From NCBI GenBank assembly GCA_963555825.3, contig CAUVXB020000002.1:1792001-1856000 (forward strand): a stretch of 64,000 nt of DNA, given 5' to 3'. A program made the translations under genes and the position numbers. Origin of the DNA: Alphaproteobacteria bacterium (GTDB taxonomy: Bacteria; Pseudomonadota; Alphaproteobacteria; JAAXGF01). Below are positions 10,243 to 21,596 of the stretch, in pieces. The notes under the pieces are model-generated. The model saw only the letters and a list, made by a program, of their open reading frames with translations. It did not search any database and was not told where the DNA came from. How positions within the stretch are numbered: position 1 is the stretch's first letter; each line of letters begins with the position of its first letter.

Positions 10243-11559
10243 ATGGAAGCTGGCCCAGATGTTTCAGTCCCGTTAGATGAACTTGTCGTTTCAGTTGTTG
10301 ATGTAGAAACGACAGGACTATACCCAGGCGGCCATGACCGAATAATCGAAATTGCCGTCGTTCGTGCAAGGGCCGGCGGCGAGATAATCGACGAGTTCGA
10401 GACACTAATTAATCCGAACCGCGATCTTGGTCCGACGCATATTCACGGGATCATGGCCGCTGATGTACAGCTTGCGCCATCATTCTCTGATGTTGCGGGC
10501 GACATCGTTGGACAGCTCCATGGAACCGTTGTCGTTGGCCATAACATCCGGTTTGATCTCGCCTTCCTCAACTCTGAGTTTGGCCGGTTGGGAATTCGTC
10601 TGCCTGATATTCCAAGAATTTGCACTCTGCGCCTTGCTCCCAATCTGGGCATGCGCGTACCGTCACGATCACTCCGGGAATGTTGCAAATTCTTCGGCAT
10701 TTCCCACCATGGTGCACATAGTGCTCTAGGCGATGCACGGGCCACAGCCGGCCTTTATTCAGTGCTCATCCAGCACGCAGCTGCAAACGGCATATTGACG
10801 TTGGGCGATATCGCTCTCGCTCTCGATCTTGCCATGCCAAGCCCAGATCATTGGCCGGACATACCGGCGACCGGCCGCGTGTATGCGCGCAAGCAGGCGT
10901 CCGATCAAACTTCCCACAAAGACAGTTACCTCTCACATTTGGTCGCACGCCTACCTGCAACTTCTGAGCAAGATATGCAGTTCATTGAATATCTCGAACT
11001 GCTTGATCGGGCACTCGAAGATCGAGTCGTGACTGAGGAAGAAGCGGAAGGTCTCCACCGAGTGGCAAGGAATTTGGGATTGGGTCAGGACAAGGTGACG
11101 GAAGTCCACCGATCCTACCTCAATGCGCTTGCAGTCGTCGCACTTGAGGATGGCATAGTTACCAACGCGGAGAGACGGGATTTGCAGGCGGCTGCAAAAG
11201 CACTCAGCATCGACGAAGAGGCGCTTGATCAGATGCTGGAGATTGCCCGAACTGTGATTTCCGACCAGGGTACCGTTGCCGGGCTTGACGATTTAGATGA
11301 CCTGTTTGGCGTGAGCGTATGCCTAACCGGAACATCGCGTTGTTCCATCTCGGGTGAACTCCTTACACGCGCGAAGGCGTTAGAACTCGCGGAGGAAGCT
11401 GGACTAGATGTTCAAAAGAACGTTACCAAAAACCTCGATATTTTGGTCCTCGCCGACCCTGATTCGATGTCTGGTAAGGCAAAAAAGGCGCGGGAGTACG
11501 GTATTCGTACAATGAGCGAAGAGGTGTTTTGGCGAAAAATTGGTATCGATATCGACTAG
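10243..11559 (+). CDS. DEDDh 3'-5' exonuclease (DnaQ-like) with TerB-like helical region and C-terminal BRCT domain
   Basis: VVDVETTG, GHNIRFD, HSALGDARAT; duplicated ALEDxxVTxxE units; VCLTG...VTKNLDILV...SGKAKKAREYG BRCT; lower GC than flanks. Confidence 0.85.
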   Translation: MEAGPDVSVPLDELVVSVVDVETTGLYPGGHDRIIEIAVVRARAGGEIIDEFETLINPNRDLGPTHIHGIMAADVQLAPSFSDVAGDIVGQLHGTVVVGHNIRFDLAFLNSEFGRLGIRLPDIPRICTLRLAPNLGMRVPSRSLRECCKFFGISHHGAHSALGDARATAGLYSVLIQHAAANGILTLGDIALALDLAMPSPDHWPDIPATGRVYARKQASDQTSHKDSYLSHLVARLPATSEQDMQFIEYLELLDRALEDRVVTEEEAEGLHRVARNLGLGQDKVTEVHRSYLNALAVVALEDGIVTNAERRDLQAAAKALSIDEEALDQMLEIARTVISDQGTVAGLDDLDDLFGVSVCLTGTSRCSISGELLTRAKALELAEEAGLDVQKNVTKNLDILVLADPDSMSGKAKKAREYGIRTMSEEVFWRKIGIDID

Positions 11560-11682
11560 ATTAAAATGCCGTCGGCGACCTTCGTCGCACTCTCCCAGTA
11601 CGGCGCGTACTCACGCTGAGTCGGACCCGATTTCCTTGGACACAGAATTGGCTTAATCGAAGTGTCCAAGGAGGACCGGAAC

Positions 11683-12093
11683 ATGACCGACAATTTTGAG
11701 AACAAAGTTGCTGTTGATGGGCCTGTGGTAAACGAGGGCGAGCTTGGCTCGTCCACGTTTTCCCCGGGCCAGGTTTCGCCGGCAGGCCCTCTGGGACTTG
11801 GCCAGCGGTGGACGGTGACGCGCAAGCGTGAGGTTGCCCTGCGGCTTTTGCGTGGCGAGCCGGTGGAACTTTTGTCGCGGCAGTTGGGCGTGGAGATTTT
11901 CCGGCTCGAGCAGTGGCGTGAGAAGGCGATCGCCGGGATCGATGCCTCGCTCAAGGAACGCAAGGGCGATCCGGTGAAGGCGGAACTGGACATCGCCATG
12001 AAGCGGATCGGGGAGTTGATCATGCAGGTGGAACTGCTGGAGGCCAAGACGGAGACGTCCGGCCCTTTGGGGCGGCGGAGGTCGCGGCGATGA
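11683..12093 (+). CDS. IS OrfA (HTH/coiled-coil protein)
   Basis: AGGAGGA RBS; RKREVALRLLRGE HTH region; ATGA overlap with OrfB. Confidence 0.85.
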   Translation: MTDNFENKVAVDGPVVNEGELGSSTFSPGQVSPAGPLGLGQRWTVTRKREVALRLLRGEPVELLSRQLGVEIFRLEQWREKAIAGIDASLKERKGDPVKAELDIAMKRIGELIMQVELLEAKTETSGPLGRRRSRR

Positions 12094-13001
12094 GTGCCGC
12101 CACCTCTCCCGGCACGGGTTTGGCCTACGGCCTCCAGCGGGTCTGTGCGGCCTGGGGTTTTGCCCGTTCCTCGTTCTACGCCATGAAATCCCGGCAGCAG
12201 GCCACCGCTGAGCGCCCACCAGCAAAGCGCCGGGGACCGAAGCCCTCGATCTCGGACGAGGCTCTGCTGGTGGCCATCGAGGCCGACCTGGAGGCATCCC
12301 CCTGGGAGGGCGAGGGACACCGCAAGGTCTGGGCTCGGCTTCGGGTCTGTCGTGGCATCCGTGTTTCCCGCAAGCGGGGGCTCCGGGTGATGCGCGAGAA
12401 CAACCTGCTCTCGCCCCATCGCTGCCGCCGCCGTGGCGGAAATCCCCATGTCGGTGAGATCATCACCCATGCCCCCAACCTCATGTGGGGCACGGACGGC
12501 GTTCGGGTGTTCACGGTGGACGACGGCTGGGGCTGGATATTCACCGCCATCGAGCATTGGAACGCCGAGTGCGTCGGCTGGCATGTGTGCAAGCGAGGCG
12601 ACCGCTTCGCCGCCCTTCAGCCGATCTCCATGGGGCTTGCGAGGCTGTATGCCTCGACCTCCGCCGGTGCGGCGCGGGGGCTGGCCTTGCGGATGGATCA
12701 CGGCTCCCAGTATCTGTCGGACCACTTCACCAACCAGATCAAGTTCTGGGGCATCCAGCCGTCCTACGCCTTCGTCGAACAGCCCCAGACCAACGGCGTC
12801 GCCGAGAGGTTCAATCGCACGCTCAAGGAACAGATCATCCATGGCCGCATCTACCGCAACATCGCGGAGCTGCGGAACGCCGTCCGCGGGTTCGTCGAAC
12901 AGTACAATGCCCAGTGGATCGTGGAGAAGAACGGCTACCTGAGCCCCGCTCAAGCTCGTCAGGCGTGGCACACCGCGATGTCACTCAGGCCCGCCGCATG
13001 A
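12090..13001 (+). CDS. IS OrfB integrase-core (rve) DDE transposase
   Basis: WGTDG, MDHGSQY, NGVAERFNRTLK catalytic triad. Confidence 0.92.
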   Translation: MSAATSPGTGLAYGLQRVCAAWGFARSSFYAMKSRQQATAERPPAKRRGPKPSISDEALLVAIEADLEASPWEGEGHRKVWARLRVCRGIRVSRKRGLRVMRENNLLSPHRCRRRGGNPHVGEIITHAPNLMWGTDGVRVFTVDDGWGWIFTAIEHWNAECVGWHVCKRGDRFAALQPISMGLARLYASTSAGAARGLALRMDHGSQYLSDHFTNQIKFWGIQPSYAFVEQPQTNGVAERFNRTLKEQIIHGRIYRNIAELRNAVRGFVEQYNAQWIVEKNGYLSPAQARQAWHTAMSLRPAA

Positions 13002-13055
13002 GACAAACTTGTGTCCAAGGAACCGGGTGCGATACAGCGCGTACTCACGCACACC

Positions 13056-15011
<1,956 letters not shown>

Positions 15012-15108
15012 TACCGATCGTCTCCCCAACAGGATGAATGGATTTGAGGACTGGCTTGAAGAGACACGACGTTACAACCCCGCTTGGACGTTCGGACCGA
15101 TAATAGTT

Positions 15109-15214
15109 AACCACAGAGACACAGAGGCACGGAGAAGGTCCACAGATGATTCTCCTCGGCGCGAAGCGCAAGAAATAAACCTCTATGTCTCTGTGTCTCT
15201 GTGTCTCTGTGGTT
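15109..15214. repeat. CACAGAG(A/G) octamer-based inverted repeat element, copy 1
   Basis: AACCACAGAGACACAGAG...CGCGAAGCGC...CTCTGTGTCTCTGTGGTT. Confidence 0.8.
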
Positions 15215-15217
15215 CAA

Positions 15218-15502
15218 TTAAACCGCGCGCCGGAACGGCGTGATCTCGGTCTTCTGCCAGACATTGCCGGTGACGTAGGGATCGGTCGCCAGCCATTCGT
15301 CGAGCTCGGCGCGGCTGGCGACCTCGACGACGCAGGCCGAGCCGATCATCTCGCCGCCGTCGTCCAAGAGCGCGCCGCCGCAAATCAGCATGCCGCTTTC
15401 GGCCCGCTCGCGCGCGCCTTCGAGATGGGCCTCTCGCACCGCGAGCCGGCGCGCCGGCGCGCCCGCGTCGGTGCCGTCCCAGTTGACGACGAGAAACTGC
15501 AT
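15218..15502 (-). CDS. YciI family protein
   Basis: RLAVREAHL...GGALL...GS...DPYVTGNVW. Confidence 0.9.
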   Translation of the reverse strand: MQFLVVNWDGTDAGAPARRLAVREAHLEGARERAESGMLICGGALLDDGGEMIGSACVVEVASRAELDEWLATDPYVTGNVWQKTEITPFRRAV

Positions 15503-15651
15503 CGTTCACCTCCTTTGACGTAGCGGCGCCATTATCGCGTAGCGCTCGGCAAATGCCCAGACCGATACGCAACCCTGCCCCGCCTAAACGGCGCTGGCGT
15601 TGCCGCGACGCCGTTGATTAGAAACCACAGACGCACAGAGGGACGATCATT

Positions 15652-15680
15652 GTAGCGGCGGGTTTGAAACCCGCCCCTAC
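15652..15680. repeat. GTAG-type REP palindrome
   Basis: GTAGCGGCGGGTTTGAAACCCGCCCCTAC. Confidence 0.75.
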
Positions 15681-15721
15681 GACAGATATCTTTGTGCTGC
15701 GCACCACGGCAGGTGGATGGG

Positions 15722-16360
15722 ATGCTGACGCTCTACGGAAATCTCGAATCGGGCAACGTCTACAAGGTGCGACTGCTGCTCGCGCACCTCGGCATCGCGC
15801 ATGTCCGGGTCGAGGTCAATCAGGTCGACGGGCATCCCAGGCGGCCCGAGTTCCGCGCCATCAATCCGATCGGCAAGGTGCCGGCGTTGCGTTTCGACGA
15901 CGGCCGCGTGCTGTCGGAATCGGGCGCCATCCTCTACTACCTGGCGCAAGGCACGCCGATGTGGCCCGACGGATCGTGGGACCACGCCCAGGTGCTGCGC
16001 TGGATGTTCTTCGAGCAGTACAGCCACGAGCCGGCGATCGCGGTCAACCGCTACATCCTCAATTATATGGCCGATGCGTCGGGCCAGGCGGCGCGCGTCG
16101 CCGAGAACGCCGAGAAAGGCGCGCATGCGCTGGGCGTCATGGAAGCGCATCTCGCCGCGCAGGACTGGCTCGCGGCCGGGCGCTACACGATCGCCGACAT
16201 CGCGCTCTACGCGTATACGCACAACGCGAACGAGGCCGGTTTCGACCTCGCCGCCTATCCGGCGATTGGCCGCTGGCTCGCGCGGATCGCCGCCCAACCG
16301 GGCCATATCGCGCAGATGGAAGAGACCAGCGCGGCGCCCGTCGAGAGCCTGATCGCCTAG
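15722..16360 (+). CDS. Glutathione S-transferase family protein
   Basis: SGNVYKVRL, INPIGKVP, LSESGAIL, FFEQYSHEP, TIADIALYAYT. Confidence 0.93.
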   Translation: MLTLYGNLESGNVYKVRLLLAHLGIAHVRVEVNQVDGHPRRPEFRAINPIGKVPALRFDDGRVLSESGAILYYLAQGTPMWPDGSWDHAQVLRWMFFEQYSHEPAIAVNRYILNYMADASGQAARVAENAEKGAHALGVMEAHLAAQDWLAAGRYTIADIALYAYTHNANEAGFDLAAYPAIGRWLARIAAQPGHIAQMEETSAAPVESLIA

Positions 16361-16439
16361 AGCATTGTCCGGTCACATTAGGTGACCTGCGCTCAATCGC
16401 CACGCTTGCCAATCTTTATCCCACAAGGCCATTCTTGAT

Positions 16440-18093
16440 GGGTGCGAGTCTCGCATGGCAGTGATGTCTGCGGCTTGGTTCGTTGAGTTCAGGCAGCGAT
16501 TGCCATGGCTGCTGCACGTGGACTGATGTTGTCGTTGGCCGGTGTGTCGGTTGCGCTGATCAGGGCCTTCCATGCCCGCTCGAAGCGGCCGGATTTGATC
16601 AGGGCGCGGAAGGTCAGAACAGCCTGTCCGCCGACGATCCGCCAGCGCATGCCGGAGCGCTTCATGCGCTGTGTCACCAGGGTCTTGTTGGCAGCTTCGA
16701 CCACGCCTGAGCCGATGGCGATGCCCTCTTCCTTCAGGGCGTGGTAGCGCATGCGATGGCGATGCTTGCGGAAGAAGGCGAGTTCCCGCTCGGTCTCGGC
16801 CCGGTCCGGCGCAGCGGCGGCATCGCGAAGGTGGCGCAGCGCCCGGATCACCTTGGCGACGCCACGGGGATCGTGACGGAGGATCTCGCGGTACTTCTCG
16901 AACCAGCCGGGCGCCACGGCATGGTCGGACGCGGTTTGCAGATGTTCGCAAGCATGCCAGAAGTCGATCACCTCGGTTTCGGGCGACAGGGTCTCCAGGA
17001 AGGTCCAGTTGTCGGCGGCGCCATCGGCGATAGCGACGATCCCGATCTCGGGGCGTGCTCGCCTGATGTGTGCGACTTCGCTTGCAAGCTGCGCCTTCAG
17101 CGTGAGCTTGCCGCTCTCCGGCATGCGGCCGAGATAGAGGGTCTTCAGGCGCTTGCCCTCGGCGTCGTGGAAGGAGACCGTGCCGCAGGCAGCCTCGCGC
17201 CAGGAGGCCTTGGCGCGACCGTCCTCGCCGGGTCTCAGCGGCACCATGACGCCGTCGAGGGAGACCGAGGCGGTGGTCGCGTCCTGCGGTATGCCCTCGG
17301 CCTCACGGATGCTGCCCAGCGTCTCCGGGCCGAGGCTCTCCCAGCATTCGTGCATGCTCAGGGTCAGGCGCTGCAGGGTGCTCACCGACGGCGTCATGGC
17401 GCCGGTCTTCGCAAAGAACGCCGCCGCTTCCCGGGCCGTGCAGTGACCCATCATCAGCAGACCGAGCTCGGCCGCCGGCCGCGTCAGGTAATCGTCGACG
17501 AGGCCCAGGCTCTCGTCGACCGGCACCGGCGATGCCCCGCTCGCGCCGCTGCGGTAACGCGCTCGCCGGTAGGTCACCGGACCGAGCGAGGTCATGATCG
17601 TCTTCGGCGTCACCGCGACCCGGAACCAGCTCTGCCCGTCCCGCTCGATCCGGGAAGCGCCATCGTCCCGGTTCTCGATGACGGCGCCCATGACATCGCG
17701 AGCGAACTCGTTCGTGGCCTCACGCACCCGCAACTCGACCTCCTCGGGCGCCTCGGGGCGCGGCTCGGAACGAAGCTCCTCGCGACACAGTGCGAGCACC
17801 CGGGCGGCCGCCTCGACGACCCGAGGAGGCAGGCCGGAAAGATCGATGGACGAAGGCGCCGGAGGCGGGGATACTGCCATGGGAATGCTCCCGATGTTGG
17901 GTTTCGAGACACGGCATCGTACCGCTTCTGGCGGTGCGGAGCGTTCCCACCTTCCCCTGCTCGACCCTGCCGTCGTAACAAAATCCTGCCTTGGAGCGGC
18001 CCATTGTCACGAATAGCCGATTTCGGCCGTTCGTCTCGACACAAAAAACGCACTAAATCAATGACTTAGATTTTCCATACCAGACCCACACCC
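16440..18093 (-). mobile_element. ISKra4/ISLre2-like (prokaryotic MULE) element
   Basis: IRs GGGTGCGAGTCTCGCATGG / CCATACCAGACCCACACCC (15/19). 8-bp TSD TTCTTGAT at 16432-16439 and 18094-18101. Confidence 0.88.
16489..17880 (-). CDS. ISKra4-family (UPF0236-type) transposase
   Basis: SLDGVMV, IADGA, DFWHACEHL, IGSGVVEAANK...RMKRSGMRW. Confidence 0.9.
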   Translation of the reverse strand: MAVSPPPAPSSIDLSGLPPRVVEAAARVLALCREELRSEPRPEAPEEVELRVREATNEFARDVMGAVIENRDDGASRIERDGQSWFRVAVTPKTIMTSLGPVTYRRARYRSGASGASPVPVDESLGLVDDYLTRPAAELGLLMMGHCTAREAAAFFAKTGAMTPSVSTLQRLTLSMHECWESLGPETLGSIREAEGIPQDATTASVSLDGVMVPLRPGEDGRAKASWREAACGTVSFHDAEGKRLKTLYLGRMPESGKLTLKAQLASEVAHIRRARPEIGIVAIADGAADNWTFLETLSPETEVIDFWHACEHLQTASDHAVAPGWFEKYREILRHDPRGVAKVIRALRHLRDAAAAPDRAETERELAFFRKHRHRMRYHALKEEGIAIGSGVVEAANKTLVTQRMKRSGMRWRIVGGQAVLTFRALIKSGRFERAWKALISATDTPANDNISPRAAAMAIAA

Positions 18094-18316
18094 TTCTTGA
18101 TCCCACAAGGATTGGCCGCAGGGGCGGCGGCCCGCCCTCTCGTCCCAATTAGATTGGCGCGGGCTGGCATAGCCCGACCGATTCCAATCGATCGGACTAT
18201 GCTCTAGCCTGGAATTCTCACCATGGACCGGCCAGGTCTGATCCTCGGCAAGCGCAGACCTGACCGGCGCAACCGGCGCTGGTCGCGGCTGGGTGGCTCG
18301 CTTATGGTCGGCGGCC

Positions 18317-19279
18317 ATGGAGGCGCCCCAGAGTCCCGCGGCCCCGTCCGATCCGGTGCGCGGCGCGCTTTGGATGGTCGGCAGCTGCGTTTTCTTCGCC
18401 ATACTGACCGGCCTGATCCGCTATCTGTCGGCGACGCTGGATCCGCTCGAGATCGTCTTCTTCCGTAACCTGTTCGGCATGCTCGCTATGCTGCCCTGGC
18501 TGATGCGCCGGGGGTTCAGCGGGCTGCGCACCCGGCACCTGACGATGCATATCGTGCGCGCCGGTCTCGGCCTCACCGCGATGACGTGTTGGTTCACCGC
18601 GGTCGCCACCATGAACCTCGCCGACGCGGTGGCGCTGAGCTTCACCGCGCCGCTGTTCGCCACGGTCGCCGCGATCGTCGTGCTGCACGAGGTGGTGCGC
18701 GCGCGGCGCTGGTCGGCGGTGCTGGCCGGTTTCGTCGGCGCCATGATCATTCTGCGTCCGGGCTTCCACGAGGTCGCGCCCGAGGCGCTGCTGGTGCTCC
18801 TGTCGGCGATGGTCATGGCGATCGGCGTGACCATGGTGAAGCTTTTGTCGCGCACCGAATCGGTCGGCGCCATCGTCTTCTACATGGTGCTGATCTTGAC
18901 GCCGGCGTCGCTGGTGCCGGCGCTGTTCGTCTGGCAGACGCCGAGCCTCGAGGCGTTCGGGCTCCTGGTGCTGCTCGGCGCCGCGGCGACGGGCGGCCAC
19001 CTGTGCATGGTGCGCTCCTTCGCCATCGCCGACGCGACCGCCGTGCTGCCCTTCGACTTCGTGCGCCTGCCGCTGATCGCGCTGATCGGCTATTTCGTGT
19101 TCGGTCAGGCGCTCGATATCTGGACCGGGGTCGGCGCGGCGGTGATCATCGGCGCCTCGGTCTACATCGCGCACCGCGAATCGGTGCACCAGCGCGCCGT
19201 CGCCCTGCCGCCGGCCCGACCCGACGCCGGCCCGCTCCCCGCGCGAACCCGGCTGGAGACTGGCCCGGCGGCCAAATAA
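18317..19279 (+). CDS. DMT/EamA family transporter
   Basis: EIVFFRNLFG, ALSFTAPLF, LPFDFVRLP; about 10 TM segments. Start may be 18293. Confidence 0.9.
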   Translation: MEAPQSPAAPSDPVRGALWMVGSCVFFAILTGLIRYLSATLDPLEIVFFRNLFGMLAMLPWLMRRGFSGLRTRHLTMHIVRAGLGLTAMTCWFTAVATMNLADAVALSFTAPLFATVAAIVVLHEVVRARRWSAVLAGFVGAMIILRPGFHEVAPEALLVLLSAMVMAIGVTMVKLLSRTESVGAIVFYMVLILTPASLVPALFVWQTPSLEAFGLLVLLGAAATGGHLCMVRSFAIADATAVLPFDFVRLPLIALIGYFVFGQALDIWTGVGAAVIIGASVYIAHRESVHQRAVALPPARPDAGPLPARTRLETGPAAK

Positions 19280-19296
19280 CCGCCCGACAAGGCACA

Positions 19297-19336
19297 CCCT
19301 CTCCCCCGCGCCGGGGGAGAGGGCCAGGGTGAGGGG
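19297..19336 (-). repeat. BoxC-like CCCTCACCC/CCCTCTCCC...GGGAGAGGG palindromic repeat
   Basis: Reverse strand CCCCTCACCCTGGCCCTCTCCCCCGGCGCGGGGGAGAGGG. Confidence 0.7.
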
Positions 19337-19384
19337 GCCGCCCCGACGCCGGCGCGGCCGGCGCCCGTGTCGGTCCGCATTATT

Positions 19385-19519
19385 CACCAGAGGCCAGAGG
19401 CACAGAGGCACAGAGGCACAGAGGCACAGAGGCACAGAGGCACAGAGTAGTTTCACAGAGGAGTCCCTTCGACGCGAAGCGCCAAAAACAAACCTCTGTA
19501 CCTCTGGACCCCTGTGGTT
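19385..19519. repeat. CACAGAGG octamer inverted repeat element, copy 2, with tandem expansion
   Basis: CACAGAGG repeated about 6 times at 19401-19447; same CGCGAAGCGC centre and CTGTGGTT end as 15109-15214. Confidence 0.8.
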
Positions 19520-19561
19520 CAACGATCGGTCGCCGACCAAGCGGTGTTCCAAGCCATTTCT

Positions 19562-19627
19562 TAACGGTGTCAGACTCCTTATTTTATCATTTATATAAAT
19601 AGTTAATAAAAGAGTCTGACACCGTTA
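19562..19627. repeat. GG(G/T)GTCAGACTC inverted repeat with AT-rich spacer (REP/MITE-like)
   Basis: TAACGGTGTCAGACTC...GAGTCTGACACCGTTA. Confidence 0.85.
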
Positions 19628-19671
19628 TTTCTGCAACGTATCGAGACTTCGGATTGGGGCAAGAGCGCCGC

Positions 19672-20154
19672 TCAATCGACGTCGAGGCCGCGGGCTTTGT
19701 GCCAGTCCTCGATCGACTGGTCGGGGTGTTCGGTGAAGCGCGCCTCGCCCGGACCCGCCGGCACGACGGCCCAGGCGGGCGCGTAGTCGAGCATGATGTT
19801 AGCGTGCTCGGGCGCCGCCGGCAGCGGCGTGTCGATCGCCGAGGCGAAGGGATGGACGAGTTCGGGCCAGCGCGGGTCGAAGACCCAGAGCGCGCTGCCG
19901 CAACGCGTGCAGAAGTGCCGCCGGGCCGGGCTCAGGCCGTCCGCGCCCTCGGCGAACCGCACGCGATAGACGGTGATGTCCGCCTCGCCCTCGACCTTCA
20001 GCGTCGCCGCGTCGCCGCCCAGGTTGATCGCGTAGCCGCCGCCGCCCGCGGTCTTGCGGCAGATCGAGCAGTAGCAGCGCATGTAGGGTACCGGCGTGTG
20101 CGTGTTCAGCGAGAAGCGCACCGCGCCGCAGTGACACGAGCCTTCGAGCAGCAT
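19672..20154 (-). CDS. GFA/CENP-V family Zn-binding protein
   Basis: GSCHCGAV, CYCSICRK, RHFCTRCGS. Confidence 0.92.
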   Translation of the reverse strand: MLLEGSCHCGAVRFSLNTHTPVPYMRCYCSICRKTAGGGGYAINLGGDAATLKVEGEADITVYRVRFAEGADGLSPARRHFCTRCGSALWVFDPRWPELVHPFASAIDTPLPAAPEHANIMLDYAPAWAVVPAGPGEARFTEHPDQSIEDWHKARGLDVD

Positions 20155-20176
20155 GGGACCTCCCTTGGCGTGATCG

Positions 20177-20551
20177 TCAACCGTCGTCTTCGTCCGTCCT
20201 GGTGAGGAACGCGCGGGCGGCGTCGAAGTGTTCTGGGCGCATCGCCGATCGCACGGCGCCGATGGCGGCGGCGAGCACGGCGGCGTCGTCGGTGTAGCCG
20301 ATGCCGGCGATGAAGTCGGGGATGACGTCGGTCGGCACGATGAAATAGGCCAGGGCGCCCATTAGCACGGCCTTGACGTACATCGGCGTCTTGCCGTCGG
20401 TCGCGCAGTAATAGGCGGCCAGCGCGTCCTCGACGAAGGGCACCCGGCCGAGGGTCTTGCGCAGCTTGTCCCAGAAGCCTTGGTTGACCAGCGCCTCGTC
20501 GGCGCGCAGCTTGTCGTGGTCGACGTTGCGGTCGTCTTGGTCGTCGGGCAT
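20177..20551 (-). CDS. YkvA/DUF1232 family protein
   Basis: ALAYFIVPTDVIPDFIAGIGYTDD. Confidence 0.92.
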   Translation of the reverse strand: MPDDQDDRNVDHDKLRADEALVNQGFWDKLRKTLGRVPFVEDALAAYYCATDGKTPMYVKAVLMGALAYFIVPTDVIPDFIAGIGYTDDAAVLAAAIGAVRSAMRPEHFDAARAFLTRTDEDDG

Positions 20552-20640
20552 CTGGATAATATGGGGGCGATGCTGGGCGGTCGCAATACATCTTGCGATC
20601 TGCTAAGACGCCGCGAGCTCATAAAAAGCGGAGGACGAAC

Positions 20641-21402
20641 ATGGACGTGAAGGGGCAGGCGGCGCTGGTCACCGGCGGCGCGTCGGGACTCGGCCGGGCG
20701 ACGGCGGAAGCGTTGATCGCGGCGGGCGCCAAGGTCGCCATCCTGGACAAGAATGCCGAGGCGCTGGCGGCCACAGCCGCCGAGATCGGCGCGCTCGCGG
20801 TCGCCTGCGACGTGACGCAAGCCGGCTCGACCGAGGACGCTGTGGCCGCCGCGCGCGCGGCGCACGGGCCATCGCGCGTGCTGATGAATTGCGCCGGCGT
20901 CGGCCCGGCCAAGCGCATCGTCGGGCGCGACGGGCCGATGCCGCTCGAATGGTTCGAGGCCGTCATCGCGGTCAACCTGATCGGCACCTTCAACGCGCTT
21001 CGCCTCGCCGCCGCCGACATGATGGCGCTGGATGCGCTCGACGGCGACGAGCGCGGCATCATCATCAACACCTCGTCGGTCGCCGCCACCGAGGGCCAGG
21101 TCGGCCAGGCCGCCTATACCGCGTCGAAGGGCGGCGTCGCCGCCATGACGCTGCCGGCGGCGCGCGAGTTCGCCCGCCACGGCATCCGCGTCAACACCAT
21201 CGCACCGGGCCTCTTCGGCACGCCGATGCTGTTCAACCTGCCCGAGGATGTGCAGGAGGCGCTCGGCAAGTCGGTGCCGTTTCCCAACCGCATCGGCCGG
21301 CCCGACGAATACGCCGCGCTCGCCATGCATCTGATCGACAACGCGATGATCAACGGCGAAGTCGTGCGTCTCGACGGCGCGCTCCGCATGGCGGCCGGCT
21401 AG
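20641..21402 (+). CDS. SDR family 3-hydroxyacyl-CoA dehydrogenase (HSD10-like)
   Basis: TGGASGLG, NCAG, YTASKGG, INGEVVRLDGALRM; GGAGGA RBS. Confidence 0.92.
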   Translation: MDVKGQAALVTGGASGLGRATAEALIAAGAKVAILDKNAEALAATAAEIGALAVACDVTQAGSTEDAVAAARAAHGPSRVLMNCAGVGPAKRIVGRDGPMPLEWFEAVIAVNLIGTFNALRLAAADMMALDALDGDERGIIINTSSVAATEGQVGQAAYTASKGGVAAMTLPAAREFARHGIRVNTIAPGLFGTPMLFNLPEDVQEALGKSVPFPNRIGRPDEYAALAMHLIDNAMINGEVVRLDGALRMAAG

Positions 21403-21578
21403 AGATTTGTCCGGTCACTTTCTTTGTGCGGTCACCTAAAGGTGACCTGCGCTCAATCGCCGCGCATGCCAGTCTTATGGAATCAAAGCTGGCCGAACGG
21501 TCGGCGGCCCCCCTCTTGTCCAGATAAAGTTGGCGCGGGCTGGCATCATCCGATCGATTCCCATCGATCGGATGATGC
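21399..21578 (+). repeat. Structured TAG-anchored repeat copy 2
   Basis: Starts CTAGAG at the SDR stop; GGTCACCT-AA-AGGTGACC hairpin, GCCGAACGGTCGGC, CATCATCCGATCG...CGATCGGATGATG hairpin. Confidence 0.85.
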
Positions 21579-21596
21579 GTCGGCCCGGAGTAACTG

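Larger units (their letters stand above)
11617..13036 (+). mobile_element. IS3/IS481-like two-ORF element
   Basis: IRs TGAGTCGGACCCGATTTCCTTGGACAC / GTGTCCAAGGAACCGGGTGCGATACA. 14-bp direct repeat GCGCGTACTCACGC at 11603-11616 and 13037-13050. Confidence 0.9.
16357..18207 (+). repeat. Structured TAG-anchored repeat copy 1 (about 190 bp, interrupted by ISKra4-like IS)
   Basis: Ends CTAGAGCA / TGCTCTAG; core GACCTGCGCTCAATCGCC shared with four other copies. Confidence 0.85.

Noticed and set aside
16358-16381. TAG-anchored repeat as an amber read-through signal
   Set aside because: The frames after the TAG are not conserved between copies, and copy 1 hits another stop within 7 codons; a mobile or 3'-UTR role is more parsimonious.
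19385-19450. Possible CRISPR array
   Set aside because: It is an 8-bp tandem repeat without spacers, and no cas genes are present.
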